DNA of 54,622 nt, the filler included, from Sphacelaria rigidula (lineage: Eukaryota): the NCBI GenBank assembly GCA_964200075.2. It is 5 parts of 5 records of this genome, joined end to end, with 100 filler letters (N's around TTAATTAATTAA, not from the genome) between each part and the next. Parts side by side here need not be neighbours in the genome. Positions count along the whole stretch, not along the records: positions 32,836 to 43,679 come from CAXNAA020005813.1; positions 43,780 to 54,622 come from CAXNAA020005814.1; 3 more parts are not named here. The stretch is one strand, 5' to 3'. The notes under the pieces were generated by a model. It did not search any database. It was not told the origin of the DNA and saw only the letters and a list, made by a program, of their open reading frames with translations. The translations under genes were made by a program, and so were the position numbers. Positions 38,145 through 51,530 of the stretch are shown here, piece after piece (within the stretch, counting starts at the first letter, position 1; every line of letters begins with the position of its first letter).

Positions 38145-38474
38145 CACCTTTCATCCTCCCACTGTAGCCCCGAGTCTTTCAGCGACGGGGACGGAAGCGG
38201 GACGAGAGCTTTGCGAGAGAGAGCGCGAGACAGTTTACAACATGTCGTGACATGAGCCGGTTCCGACCAGAAGAGATGTTGAGAGCCTTGCGTAGCTTTC
38301 GAGTTGGTGCGGGGGAAATGGCAAAAACGATCTATGTATATATGTAAACAGTATACCCCAGGTTCGGTTCCCCACGGGGTGCAGCTAACCAGATAGGGCG
38401 GGTGAAGTCCGGCTCACTCCTGGGCGTTGACGGTGTTCGTGCCCCCCAAAACTCTCTCCTACTTCCTTGTATGT

Positions 38475-38800
38475 GTGTGTGTGTACTCATGATCTTGCAT
38501 GCCGTAGTCGTATGGCCATTGACCTCGCATCCCTACAAAGCCGGTACGGAGCACGCCGGGTTTTCGCCGGACCAGGCTCGCAATCGACCACCAAGCGCGA
38601 AGCGCCATGATGTGTTCGGCGAGTCGCATGAAGGTTGAGCTGCATCTTGCTAAGATTCTTCGGCTCGAAGCGTACTAATTACCTTGCACATGGATGACAG
38701 CCTACAATGAGATGGTTCAATATCTGGTATCGCCGCTCCCGGAGACAGCCTCGGCTCATACACTGCCTCATGGGTGTCTCACCATTGAAACATTGCACAG
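38475..38800 (-). repeat. Interspersed repeat, family A copy
   Basis: Reverse-complement homolog of 11420-11740. Confidence 0.85.
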
Positions 38801-41076
38801 TATGATCCTCCCCTTTGCGCGGGATTGAGGTCCGCCCACCCGGCACACTATGATCCAGCTCGAACACCATCATGGTTACCGCAAAAAAACAACAAGTGCC
38901 CAAAAATATGGTAACCTGTTTACCTAGCTTGCGCAGTGAGTGGCGTGTTTTACAGCGTCGTTGCCCACCGACGCCAACCCCATGAGGGTATTGTGTGTAT
39001 GGGGGGAGGGTAACCGAGTGCCTACGTGTGAAGAGGATGAGGCGCCGAGCCTGGGGAATGTAGACCGCTCTCGTTTTTTTCCTCCGCGTCGAAGTCGGAA
39101 CTCGTATCTGCGTCCTGTCAGATATCCATCCTCTCGCTTCTCAGGTCTTACTTCTGGCACCTGATCTGTGCACAGATAGCATCAACATTAAGTACGATAG
39201 TGAGTGACTTCTCGAATCTTGAGAAGGGCGCGTTTTTTAAGTGGTGTGTGAAATGTGCTACGGTACCGCGAGTCTACTAAATTGTTTAGTGTTGTACTCA
39301 AAGTTACGTCCTAGAATGCGAAAAATGAGTGAGAAGGATGGTGTCTGCGAGGCGTATGCAATGTCTGTCAGATGGCGTTTATCGGGACCTCATTGAATTT
39401 GCTTCTACACTCGTACACGTTGCACCGGTGGCCAAAGGCATACCCTGGGACGCATATCGCATAGGGCCACCACGCTTTGATAGGGTTGTCTCCGTGAATA
39501 CGAGGTGTTGGCACGTTGTGCGTTCCTCATTGGACAACCCCAGGACGATGCATTGGAGCGTTGAATGGACGTTAACAAACCCAGCAAAGCGTGGGCTGTT
39601 GTAGCATGCCTCAAGTTTCTCCTCCCCATGCCTCCAAACGCCAACGCGATAGTACACGGTCGTCCCACGCGTCGATTTCCTCCCCGTCTTGGATCCGGGA
39701 GTGTGAAAACGACTACTGTTCAGGAAGCCTCCAGTCGTAGTACACACGGCTGCGGAGCGGCCGTGAATATCAACGACGAACTCTACCAAGACACCAGAAA
39801 CTTGAAAACTCACACCCAGCTCGTTGTTCATGTTCACAGTCCATGTCGGGTGCAAAGCGTCTGCTTCAACACTTTCTCCGCGACCAATTCAAGGTGGAGG
39901 CCCACATTATCGTGCGTGGTTCGCCTGGGACCTGGGGGCAGCGTAGGATGTTCCCTCAGCAACTGTACATCCGCCCACAGACATCCCCGGTGAATACCTG
40001 GGAACGTGCCGGGCAAAAGACTTACAGGTCATATGTGGACCATGCACTTCTGTTCATAGGGGAGTATAGGACAGATGCAAACTATTTTTTGTAGTAATAC
40101 AACGCTATCTTGACTATCGCAGCACCACCTGTCTGGTGAAAGTATATACTTCATCAAGCAGCCCAGTCGTCCTGGTGGCAAGTGATGAGCGAAATAGATT
40201 TACCAGCACTTTGGCGATGGTGGTTATGATACATTATGTGCGACTGACTTTCCGGGGCTCCGTATAAAACCGAATGAGGTCGATTAACAACGTCAGCGGA
40301 CAGCACGGAACGTCTCGCGACATCACAAGCGCGAAGGATGGGTTGGTTCTCTCAGCGGGACTAGCCGGAGGAAAGTAGATCAGCGGCAACGGCAGTTCCG
40401 TCAGCGTGATGGTGAATGGTGGGGCATCGGGACAATCTTTCGACGACACAGTCATCCCCAGATTGAGGTATAAACTTTTCAAATGATGACGACTACAAGG
40501 GAGTATCGACAAGGTGGGGGTTGGTCATGGACTGCTTCGTATGGGGGTGCAACGCCGGACCAAACTCGGAAACCTGTGCTTCGTGGAAAAGTCGATTCGT
40601 GCATTGTATCTAGTTTCCACATGTATAACCCAAGACTAGAGATGAACAACTCCACCGCTCTGCTCCCAGAGCTGGATGACGGTCTCCTCTGTTCGCTCGA
40701 CGTCATCAGCAAGACCGGTGCGCCGAGACTGGCAGGGAAAACCGCGGCCACCGCCCCTCCAGTGCATCGTCGGATGGAGAACCTCCTGCGCAACAGCCCG
40801 GATTTCCTAGATAAAATCGATGACAACGGGATGACTGTCGGCGGAACAGTACCAGACCGTGACGTTCGCGGTCTGGGAAAAAATCTTTAGCTGGTCTGCT
40901 TCAAGACAGCCTGTTCGGTAGAGTCTAGAGTTATAGGGCTTGAGCACTCACTGCTCAACCAAAAACGTAGAAGGTAATCTCGCACAGCGTCCGCTGTCGA
41001 AGATGAAGTCACAGAAGCAGAGGTGTATAGTTGTCTTTTATTGTCTCATTCATATCAAACCGCTCATGGGTAGGAA

Positions 41077-41078
<2 letters not shown>

Positions 41079-41135
<57 letters not shown>
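41079..41135. repeat. (CA)n microsatellite inside the Copia integrase relic
   Basis: ~28 perfect CA units. Confidence 0.97.
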
Positions 41136-41137
<2 letters not shown>

Positions 41138-41667
41138 AAGACGGTGGGGCGAGAGATGCGGAGGTGCATCATCGTCGACTCCTTCTCGAGCTACGGCAAG
41201 TATCTCCTGTTTCATCCCGCAGAAACGTGCCGTATATCACAAGCTAACTCCCCGTCGTTTCCGGATCATTCGAGAACAAAAATGAGAACAACGAACACTT
41301 TCAAGAACATTCCGAGAATCGATCCGAACCGTAGTTCTACAGTAATATTCCTGGAAATCACCAGTACCGTTTCCCATCGGTTAATCCGCCACATTTTCCT
41401 CCGACAGTTTCGTCAGAGTATCCTGGATCTTACATTTACCATGAGTGAAATCACACGATTAACACAGCTGGCCACAAGGTTCAGCGCACATTGCATCTCG
41501 GTTTCGGCTACCTTATGAGATAGTTCGTGCTGGAAGCGCTCAGACGCTATAGGCGCACGTGCAAGATCCCGAGAATGACAACAAGTGGACGGCAACTTAT
41601 CTTTCAAAGACCAAGGAAAGCGGTTTCAACGTGCTCCAGTCGTTCGCATAGTCGATGGTGATTACTA

Positions 41668-41923
41668 GAGGGATGCTACGGTAGGGGTGCACGAATATTT
41701 TCTGAGGTTAGAATTGTTAGGAACCTTTTTTCTCATCCAAAACACGACTTATGGAATATGTGAGAGTACGCCAGGACAACTATTCGAAACTGCTGGGGAT
41801 ATCCCGAATGGATTTGCAAACGAGGATGCCCTGACCCATATTCTTGGGCATCTAGAATCTTGAGGAGCCCCTGAACCAGACAAGATTTCGCACAAAAAGT
41901 GCAACCCTACCGTAGCATTGCTC
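41668..41923. mobile_element. 256-bp MITE with GAG-starting TIRs and 4-bp TSD (ACTA), Sola-like
   Basis: GAGGGATGCTACGGTAGGGGTGCAC / GTGCAACCCTACCGTAGCATTGCTC, flanked by ACTA on both sides. Confidence 0.85.
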
Positions 41924-42857
41924 ACTAGCGGTGTTTCAGTCGATCAGTTCAGGGCTGACAAAGGCAGCGGGTTCATCAGTCACGTGTTTCAGGACTACTT
42001 CCGCCTGACATGAGTGTTGTTGGATTACGCCAGTACCAACGCGCTGCAGCATATCGGCACGTTCGAGCGCGTCGGAAAGCCGATGGCTACCATGATCCGG
42101 TGCATGCTTCCCAACAGCCGACTGACCACGTTTTTATGGAGGGGACTGATGTCTACAGGAGCGTATCTGGGCAACAAAGCGCCGCATCCCGCTCTTGTCA
42201 TGCTCTCCTCGTACACAGTGTTTGGGTGAATGGAGCCTGACGTATGGCACCTGCGCGTCATTGGGGCGTGGGTCTTCCGATATATCGAGAGGTTGACCAC
42301 AAAACTCGCACTGAAGGCAGTTGAAGGACGATTGGTTGGGTAAGGCAACAGCAGCAGCAAAGACCGCGTTTATAGTCTGGCCACCCAATGTACGATGGAA
42401 AGCGAGGGAATCATTCTTATCAAGACGCCATCATGCCTACTTGTGACGTCATCGGAGGGGTCTTAGCTTTTGATCCAACGGCTTCCGTCCAGCGACGAGT
42501 AGCCTAGCGGTAATAAGGGCCACAACTACGCCATCGATGATGTCTTCCTTCGCGACCCCTCGCAACCCCTCCTCGGTGCCGGATCACCCCACCAACGTTA
42601 CTACCAACTACGTCACTGCCGGTAGACTTTCAAAGAATCCACAGGTGCCTGAGCCCCTGGATCGGATCGGCGATATCACCATGCTGCAACCTATGTCACC
42701 TCCGAAGAGCGGAATCCTCGAACAGCCGGAAGAGCCAAAGCCGCCCGGCGGCGACCTCGTGCAGGTATCTCTTGCTGAATCCGCTGTTCCACAACCATGG
42801 ACATTCGCGCTGCCAAGTGACGCCGGCGGCGAAGACTGCCGGCAGCACGTGTGCTCC

Positions 42858-43210
42858 TTCAACACAATTTAAAGGACTCTCAAGACCTGAGGGAAGGTGG
42901 CCGCTTTGAGTCTGGTCAAACGTGCGAAGATATTGTCGAATAGCAATACCAAACTTTGCTGGGATTGCGAGGAGGCAATCCGTGCAAAACTAAACAGAAA
43001 TCAAGAGATTTTACGTTCTCATTAAAAAACAATGCGCATGAGACGGTTTGCGGGTGAAAAAACTCGGATTTTCATGGAGGAGAAAATCTCTGTGCCCCCG
43101 TCAGTATTACATGCGCTTGCAAAAACTCTGTCGTCGTTCTTTAATACCCGACGGGGGGACGGGGAAGCCACGTTTCCTGAGGTCTTGAGAGTCCTTTAAA
43201 TTGTGTTGAA
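42858..43210. mobile_element. MITE with ~44-bp TIRs
   Basis: TTCAACACAATTTAAAGGACTCTCAAGACCT at 42858 and its reverse complement ending at 43210; no clear TSD. Confidence 0.82.
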
Positions 43211-43679
43211 TTAGTTAAGAAAATCGAACTGGTTAATTTTTACAGCTGTTGTGAAATCCCGTGCATGCAAGTTGTTACGATGACATCTGTGCAAACGACA
43301 GTCAGTATAGTAGAGCAACCAATGCTAGCTATGATCGGGTTTGCCTGCCGTGCTGCCGACAGCGTTGCTTGGAAGCCACAAGACCTTTGCGGTCGGCGGT
43401 TGATGGCGTGGGTGTCAAATGCAACGACAAGTAGTTGATGATAGAGCACTCTTGTTCCTCGTGGATATCTCGTCCCAGCTTGTAGTGCATGACCTCCTCA
43501 CATCGGACTTCTGAAAAGCTACTGTACGGTACCGCGGTGTTCACGCAGCCAGTGTGTGCTCCAGATTGCAGCATGGAGGTACTCATATGTGCCACACTAG
43601 CAACAGTTAAGACACCACCATAGAACAACAAATTGTGATAATTGAGGTTTAACTTCGAGATGAGGCTCAAGCCCAAAAC

Positions 43680-43779
43680 NNNNNNNNNNNNNNNNNNNNN
43701 NNNNNNNNNNNNNNNNNNNNNNNTTAATTAATTAANNNNNNNNNNNNNNNNNNNNNNNNNNNNNNNNNNNNNNNNNNNN
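43680..43779. other. Artificial contig-joining linker
   Basis: Same N44-TTAATTAATTAA-N44 structure. Confidence 0.98.
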
Positions 43780-45294
43780 ATATCTCCGGGTGCCCCTTTC
43801 TTGGCATCCATCAGTCACTGTGATGAGCGGTGGCAAGCAAAACAAATGTGGACGATCTTCAAGAAACTAAGAAATCACGGATTCTGCATACTTCTGACCC
43901 TGGCTACTGTAACTCAATGCTACTGCTTTTTTATATGATTTCTTCGAAATGGTTCGTTGGTGATGTTGCCGGTATGCGTCGGTCGTTTTTGCGGCGAAAC
44001 GATTGCTTTAAAATGGTGAACGGACGGGGCTGATAGGTTCGTCCTGCCTTGTAGTTGGTGGTTTGTCTATACCGGCGATACGATGTGCTTCTCGTGGCTT
44101 GTTCTGTGTACGAATGCGTGGGAAAGTACGATATGAATGCTGCAGACGTGAATGTGATTGTGCATGTCTTCACTAGATGAGACACGCGTTCCAAACCCTA
44201 CCGCATGTGTTTGTTGTTCCCTTCATCGTGAAAGCTAAAAGTGATTCTGTGCGGTTTCCGTGTCACACCACGGTGCATCCGCGTTCATCACAAACCCGCA
44301 TCACGTGGTATAGACATAGTTGTTGATGGTGCTCACCTGTCGGGCTTCAATTTTGATCCAAGCGTGGTGAAGACAGCACCAGAATGAGTACTCCATCCAG
44401 GACTCGAGGTACGTCAACCAACATTTATGTGCGTGGGTTGGTTGGATAAGCGAGCAGTTTCCCAACGCTATCGTAAGAATGACCAGGTAACGATTTATGG
44501 CAACTGCTAATTCAGAGGCGGTCAGAAAGGAGGCTCATGGAGTAATTAGTTCGAAGCCCATGTGATGCGTGTAACAGGGAGCCAAGCTAAGCGGCTGGCG
44601 ATAGAATTCATGCCACATACTTGAAATCTAGCTCCTGTTTCGGCTTGCGGGCCTTTGCCACATGGCAACCATAATCTGCGTGACAGGTAAAGACCGTTAT
44701 CAGTGGTTGGTCGTTTTACCCGATGCACATGGCACAGATGGCAGAATCGGATTTGAAGGTTGTGGAACAGACCAAAAAGTGAAGCACGCGCCGACGGATC
44801 AAGTGGAGATGATGGGGGTAGCATAGGTCATCGGTTGTGGTCATTTTACCGGCAAGAGTTCCCGCAACATGTGAAATACTGTAATAACACCCCTGTGTCC
44901 ACAACCAAACCCTGAGATGGACGACCAAGGAGTCGCTCCTGTCGTTTTTTTCTTGGCGGACGTTACCATGTGTTGTCTGGCTCGTGTGGGATGCCGTTTG
45001 AGTCGGATGCTTGATGGTCCCCCCGTTGCTAAATAGTGTCACCCCATGTGAGTGCAGGAGCACTGTACGGCCAAGCGTGTCTGTAATGTTTCATCTACAT
45101 ATGACAATAGTGTTCGCCCTCGATGCCTCCCCCTCCCCCCCCATCAAGTGCTTATTCAATGTGAAGGTTACGGGCGCAGTACCCGTTGGTTGTCACAGTA
45201 ACCGCTGCCATTCTTCACGTGGTTGCATCCTGACCCGAAGCTCTTCACCACACGATTCTACCCCGAAATATGAACTGCTTTTTTTCCTCGTCAG

Positions 45295-46815
45295 GTTGCC
45301 TGGTACTACTTCTCCAAAGAGCCGTCAAGACTTTCCGCCTGGGACCTCACCCAGCCCCTGTCATTCCGGTCGACGTGGTGAGTCGGGCCATCATTCACAG
45401 CGCACTAGGATGGGGTGCTGGTGTCCAGATCCGTCAATCTCCAGCCGCGGGTGCGATATCGGCCAGACAGGAACTGCGGGGCGGTTCAATGATCAGAGGG
45501 GAACGTGGGGTGCGGGAAGTCCCAGCGTCTTGCCCGAACGAGTCACGCCTGCTTACGGACGTGTCGGCGGGTATAGATGATGATACTTGCGGGTTACAAC
45601 AGCTTCCGCTTTGTTCTCCCTCTGGCGATGTGGGCGAGTCCAAGTTTAGGCTGAGTGGCTGTGTTGCTGGGGGTTCCGGCGACGGCAGTCAGTGTAAGAG
45701 CGATCTTGTAGAGTGCGGGACGGGCGATAGTGATGTCGATGTCCACCAGCGTGTTTCTGGGCAAGACGAGCGGGCGGAGGGAGCCTTTGACGTCCGTAAA
45801 AATGACGATGATGACGTGGTTGTCCCTGACCAAGCATTGGCGATGTTGAACGCATATGCTTCGGAGGCGGCGACAATCTCGTCGGTTACGCCTGTAGGGG
45901 CTACTGCTGCTGCTGCACCCTCGGCCGTTGCCCCTGACCCGACAAAGTCCGATAACCGTATCTATGGCCACCAAACCCTCGACCGTGCCGGGGGTGAGAC
46001 AGTAGACGATGAAGTCGTGATTTGTAACCTCGCTTGGGCAACGCATCCCGTCGACCACAAGGCGAGCGAGGATCTGACTTCGGGAGTCTGTGAACTAGAG
46101 GGTAGAGGTGTGGCAGCTGGCGATCAAGCTCTGGAGTCGAGGGACTCAGGTCGAGACGCGATGAGATGCTCCACGCTCGGGGAACAACGGGACGGCAGGA
46201 TGCCCTCTTTCCGCGAGTTCTCGGGGTTGCTCTACGACTACGCGGTTCTTCGCGGGCTACGGCCATCGACCGAAGCCTTGGCGGTACGTGCGGCGCTGGC
46301 AGTTGCCTCTGCCTACACGGGGCAGCCGTCGTCGTCGTCATCATCATCGTCGTCTCTCGTTGCTATCGATAGTGTTGCTGACGATTTTGGTATTCATGGC
46401 CGAGTGGGATACGATCGCTGTAGCGACGAAATGGCAGAAGCGCGATCTCGACGAGGTTCCCGGGGATTCAAGCTTCTTCATGCTCTGCTGGATCGTTCGC
46501 CCGTGTGGGTCTTGCGAGTTCTGGCTGCAGTCCTTGATCATCTTCCGGGCTGCCGCGGCGGTGGAGACGGCAGTCGGCGCCGCTCCCGACAGACAGACCA
46601 CCAGTGGTCGCCCTCTACAAAATACACACAGCGAACCATGCGTGATGTTGCAGGGGTGTCTTCGACTGGCGTTGGAGGAACCGCCGCAATTAGATCATCG
46701 TCTGCATATTCGGCCGCGCCGATCGAGGGGAATGCAGTAGCGTCGTCATCGGCAACTACAGGTGCAGAAGCAGCAGCCCATACGCGTAGTCTCTCCCAGA
46801 TGAGGAAGGATTTCG
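45295..46815 (+). CDS. Putative fatty acyl-CoA reductase / acyltransferase fusion, exon A (end of FAR NAD-binding domain plus long low-complexity insertions)
   Basis: tcag| acceptor, |gtgagt donor, phase 1/1, open for 1521 nt; PVIPVDVVSRAIIHSA resembles the FAR/male-sterility IPVDxVxxAII motif. Upstream exons are outside the contig. Confidence 0.75.
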
Positions 46816-47197
46816 GTGAGTACCCACGGCCTTGCTTCTCGCACGGCCTGTCATCAGATGCCCTGGACGGGGTGCGCCAGGGGTTCTCTCGGGGCCGTCC
46901 GTAGTGTGGTATCTTCGCTATTTAATTTGTTCTGAGTTCCTTTTTCGTTTTTGTTATCTTTTTTCTAGATTTTTTTTTCTTTGTGAGAGTTGGTGTCATT
47001 TATGTACCGAGAGTGTGTCCGTTATGACTACGGCTGAAGTGCATGTGATCGTGGATCAGTGCATGTGAGACGATCAGTGAACGAGTGAATAAATTGATGT
47101 AATCATCAAGTCGTCACTCGTGTTCTTCGACGGGGCCAGTGTAACGTGCGAAAACGATAATCAAAGAGACCCCATCCATATTCGACCGGTTTTCCAG

Positions 47198-47537
47198 GGT
47201 CTTCGAACAACCGAGACGACGAACACAGCGGCTCCTCGTCCACGTCGGTCGAGGGAGAGAAAAGAGAGACGGAGTCCGGTTATTCTAACGAATCCGACGA
47301 GGATTTTGCGGGGACGGTCGTTGTGGGCGCAAGAAAGACGGGGAGGAAAGACAGGAAGTCTTCCTTGCGGATGGCGGCAGAGCGGCTGGATGTGTTGACG
47401 GCGTTGCCCTCCGTGTACGAGCCGTTTACCTGCCGGCCGTATTTCTTTGAGTCGCCTTTGAGGGTTCCGCGCTCGCTCACTCCCGCCGGGTATGCGCTGG
47501 AGACAGCCGTGGCGTCGGAGTTGCTGCAACGAGGGCT
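47198..47537 (+). CDS. FAR/acyltransferase fusion, exon B (FAR C-terminal 'Sterile'-like segment)
   Basis: ttccag| and |gtgagt, phase 1/2; LPSVYEPFTCRPYFFES resembles the FAR_C YxPFTxxxWxF motif. Confidence 0.75.
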
Positions 47538-48056
47538 GTGAGTGTGCGTTCACGTGTTTGTGTGTTGTGTGTTGTGTGTTGTGTATTGTCTACGGTGAGA
47601 GCTGCGGTTCCGATGTTTGTTCGAAGTGAAAAGCAGCGTAGACGGGGCGAGTTTCTGTTTTCATTCCCGTTCGGGTTTGTGTGATCGTGTTCGGTGCTGT
47701 CATTCAGGACATACCGTGTTGACAAGCGTTGTCTATGAAGGAAAGCCTGTGACTGTCTCATTTTTTCCTTGAGCGGGTTAGTGGGACTCATGCCTTGAAC
47801 ATTGTCGGCAACGTTTTCCGTCGTCAGCCAGATTTTACACCTCCCGTTCGGTGTGGTGACAGTAGGTATCTTCCTTCAGCTTGCGAGATGACATTACAGT
47901 GTGCCATCCACCTGCTACCTGCAAGCACGCGGGTATCTGCTGGAGCAATCGATAACCAAGCAACACCTGTACCACCGTCTCTCATGATGACTGCCCCTCT
48001 CTCCTCACCGTCGCGCGACACCAACGCACACACATACACGTGTGTCCATGCTGCAG

Positions 48057-49240
48057 ACCCGGGGGTAGCGAAGCTGGTGAGAAGGCGAGCAAACACCGCC
48101 GCGCTGCCATTGTGAGCGAGCTCGGGCTACAGATAGAAGCGCACAGGGAGGGAAGATTGCGCTGCGGCAGCGATACCTCATTCCGGCACCCAGCCGCCAC
48201 CATCACCTACCCCCGCTACACCGAATCACGCGAGAACGCAGACCGCAACAGCAGCGAGTCGGGTCACTCGACATCATCATCATCGCCATCAGCAGCAGCA
48301 CGGTTGACGTTCCTATCGCGCAGAGCAGACCGCTTGGTGCCCTGGCCCGCACTGGCGTGGTGGGCCGCCACCCTACCTGGCTCCGCCGCTCGCGGTGGAG
48401 TTACCCTGTTTGTCCGCCTGGTGGCGTTTGGCGTGCGCGTCGTGCTAAGTCGCGCGGCTACGTGCGTTGCTGTGGATGTGGCTTCTTTTGTGGCAGCTTC
48501 GCCCCCGGGCTACGTCAACCCTGACGTACAGGGCGGTGAGACGGGGCAAGGGTTAACGCAGGCGGCGGCGCCAGCGGAAACGGTCGAGATTATGGACGTT
48601 GAACGAGTGAGCGACGGCGGTGGGACGACTTGCAAACGTGTCGGGGAAGAAGTGAAAGAGATGAAAGAGGATGGGATGGTCCTCCCCGATGCTGTCCAAG
48701 GGGTCAGCAACGGCGCGAGCGGTACTGGAACCGGGACTAGCGAGGCGGAGAAGGCTGATTCAGATAGCCGAGACGACTCTGAACACGATATTGGATTCGA
48801 GTCGGGCACCGGTCGCAGGATTAGTTCAAGGGCATCCATTTCCTCGAGGACTGCTTCTCCTGCTCCGAACGCCGGAACTGTGGGTGGGAAGAGGCTAGGA
48901 TATGAGCCTAGGGTTGGGCCAGATGCGAAAGTGCAGGCGACCGATCACCGATCGGCAGTCGATTGCGCAAGGAGCCACGGGAGGGGCTGTTTCCGGGGGC
49001 CGGAGGTGGAGGGACACGAGGATGATGATGAGGCGGGGCAGGGCGGAGGGGATGGTGGGGTGGTTGTTGTGCTGCTACCGACGCATCGGTCGTATTTGGA
49101 CTTCGTGTTGGTTTCGTTGCTGTGTGCGGCGATGCGGTCGTCGCCTGGGTTGTCTTGGCTCAGAGTGCCGCGCGTCGCGGCAGCGGAGGGACCGTTCGGC
49201 AAGGAAGGGTCCCCCCTGCGGTGGATCTTGGAGAAACTTG
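48057..49240 (+). CDS. FAR/acyltransferase fusion, exon C (PlsB/GPAT/DHAPAT motif I)
   Basis: ctgcag| and |gtgagc, phase 2/1; VVVLLPTHRSYLDFVLVS is the catalytic HX4D motif. Confidence 0.9.
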
Positions 49241-50142
49241 GTGAGCTTGGACACGTGAAGCAGCCGTACGATTGGGTTTTGGGCGAAGAATACCGTATGC
49301 AGCGCCCGCGGGTGATGAGTGTTTTGAGGCCCAAGGAGTTTATCGGCCGGGGGTTGTTATTCAGGGGGTGGTATACAACATAGCCCCGGTACTGTACTGT
49401 AGGCACACGGTATGGTGCTGAGAATCGCGGAAAAGTCATCAGGCAGGGGTGTTATTCAACGGGTGGTATCATTCATTGATTAACTGTTTGATTGATTTTG
49501 TTGATTGAAATTGACTTATCCCCGAGTAGTTCGATTCCCGACGCATTGGGTTTTTTCTTCGTGATGTATGATTTCCACCGTGGGAAGCGTGAGAACGTGA
49601 GTAAACAAGGTAGCCGACTGGGTTTGTGTGGTGTGAGTTGACGCGGTGCGGGAGTGCTGACCTAACCCGCGAGACCAAAATGAAAGGCACGTACCGGGGA
49701 AGAGATGGGTTGATCTCTTGAGACCACGGACTCATCCCGAGGAAGGGCAGGGGTTCAAAGTGTGAGGGAAAAAAAAATACAGCCGTGGTGACAAGATGGA
49801 CGAACCTCAGCTCAACAAGGCGATGAAAGACGGGTGGCCGCATGTGTCACATACGGCATTTGTATACTGCAGGAATTACGAGTTTACTGCCCGAAGTTTA
49901 GCTTCATGCTGAGGAGTTTTGGTCCTGTGAAGGAATACTGCTTCGCTGTTTCAGCTGTGTACTCTATGGTACCGCGGGGCGTATCCAAGCAGGCGCAGCG
50001 ATCGCAGCAGAGGACAAAAGCAACCACCGCACAGCCATGCGAAGTTTCACACCTTCAACAAGCTTGAAATTACACTGAAACGCCGTCGCCCTGTTGCTTG
50101 CTGTCTGTTTTTTTTTACTCACTTGCGAACACCGTTGCGAAG

Positions 50143-50410
50143 GTGCCTTTTTCGTACGACGGGGGCGGGGAGAACCGGACCCCTCCTTGCACGAACGCCT
50201 TAGGTCGCTGCAGGATCCCGGCGGCGAACGATCTCAAGACCGGTCCCGACCGTGGCGGCGGGATGAAGAACGTTCTTCTTCTCGTGTGTGCCCACCCATG
50301 ACCTCAATTCGCAACACACATCCTCCCAACAGTAATGGCTCCGACTGTCAAGAGCCCGGAGTTGGGCGCCGTCACGACGTAGCACGAACGAGACTTGGAG
50401 GGAACATCAG
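50143..50410 (+). CDS. FAR/acyltransferase fusion, exon D (motif II)
   Basis: A phase-1 acceptor joins ILEKLG to GAFFVRRG. Donor is cag|gtataa (phase 2); a shorter phase-2 donor at ~50203 is possible. Confidence 0.8.
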
Positions 50411-51059
50411 GTATAAAAAGCATTGCAGTTGCTCGCCTTGATTCAGACCTGCCACTTCGGGTTACAGTACACCCCGACCCCAGGGACCCCAATTATCCGC
50501 GACACGGCTGAAGATTGAAGATTCACGTGCGTTGATTCATTGGTTAGTTGACTGATTCGCTGCAAATCAAGCTGTGGTCACAACGTGGAAGAACATCTGC
50601 ACATCGCGTACTCCCTCGGGGCGAGATATGGGGCGCAAGCTTCCCGCTCTCACCGGCGTGCCTCAAGCGGAATCATCGACTGTGCCATGGTCTATGGTGT
50701 TTATTTCCTCTACGTTGAACATCACCCCCTTATCGTATGGCTCGTCTCGAAAGGGGTGCGTGGTCCATGTTCCAGTGACGAAGGCGAGCAACAAATGAGC
50801 ACGCCACCCCACCTTCCTACTCCCAAATATCGAATATTATGCTCGGATAATGAGCGTTCAGGGCCTAGAAACTCGTCATTTGGGTTGGTGTAGTACGGGA
50901 TCCAACATTCAAACTGAGAATTTTCGGTTGATCGCGCTACGATGGTCAGATCGTTCATGTCTTATCGTGGTATGCGTTATTTTCCCCGCTTTCCGGGCAG
51001 AGATAACTGTATACTTTTTTTTTTCCACGATCTGGGAGAATCGGAGTTCATACGGGTTG

Positions 51060-51530
51060 ACTCCTCATGACTGTTGAGTGCGAATCATGTACCAAAGAGT
51101 CATCCGGTATGAATCACGGATGGAGACGTTGTACGTTCGAAGTCTTACCGCACCAATCACGAACTGGGAATGTGTACACTCCAAGTAGTGTCACACGAAT
51201 GAAGAGTGCGTAGTATGTACGAGTCACTGATGGGAAGCATGTACACTAGACTCATTTCGCATGAATCGCAGATGGAAAATATATACGTGCGATTCATGCC
51301 ATACAAATGATACGTGGGAAGCATGTACACATCATTCTGGCCGGATAAAAATGATTTCGGGAAACATGTACACTTGAATAATCTTGTGTGGATCACGGGA
51401 GCAAAATATGTACACTTGATCCATGCTGCATGACTGAAAGGGTAGAAGCATGTATCTATGATCTATGCCGTATGAATAGAAGGTAGGATAACACTTGATT
51501 CATCTCGCATGAATCACATTTGGAAAACTT
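51060..51530. repeat. Degenerate ~42-bp tandem repeat, block 1 (intronic)
   Basis: Consensus approximately GTGGGAA(G/A)CATGTACACTTGATTCATG..GCATGAATCAC; units near 51230, 51272, 51314, 51357, 51399, 51441. Confidence 0.8.

Larger units (their letters stand above)
40480..42857 (+). mobile_element. Degenerate Ty1/Copia retrotransposon relic (protease region, pre-integrase, integrase) with nested insertions
   Basis: VDSC..SFHM; VHRRMENL; IIVDSFSSY; FRADKGSGFISHVFQDY; YASTNALQHIGTFERVGK; FLWRGLMSTGAYLGNKAPH; HLRVIGA; KLALKAVEGRLVG. Integrase follows protease with no RT in between. Confidence 0.88.

Noticed and set aside
38385-38460. Possible tRNA-like or SINE head
   Set aside because: No convincing cloverleaf or A/B boxes could be drawn.
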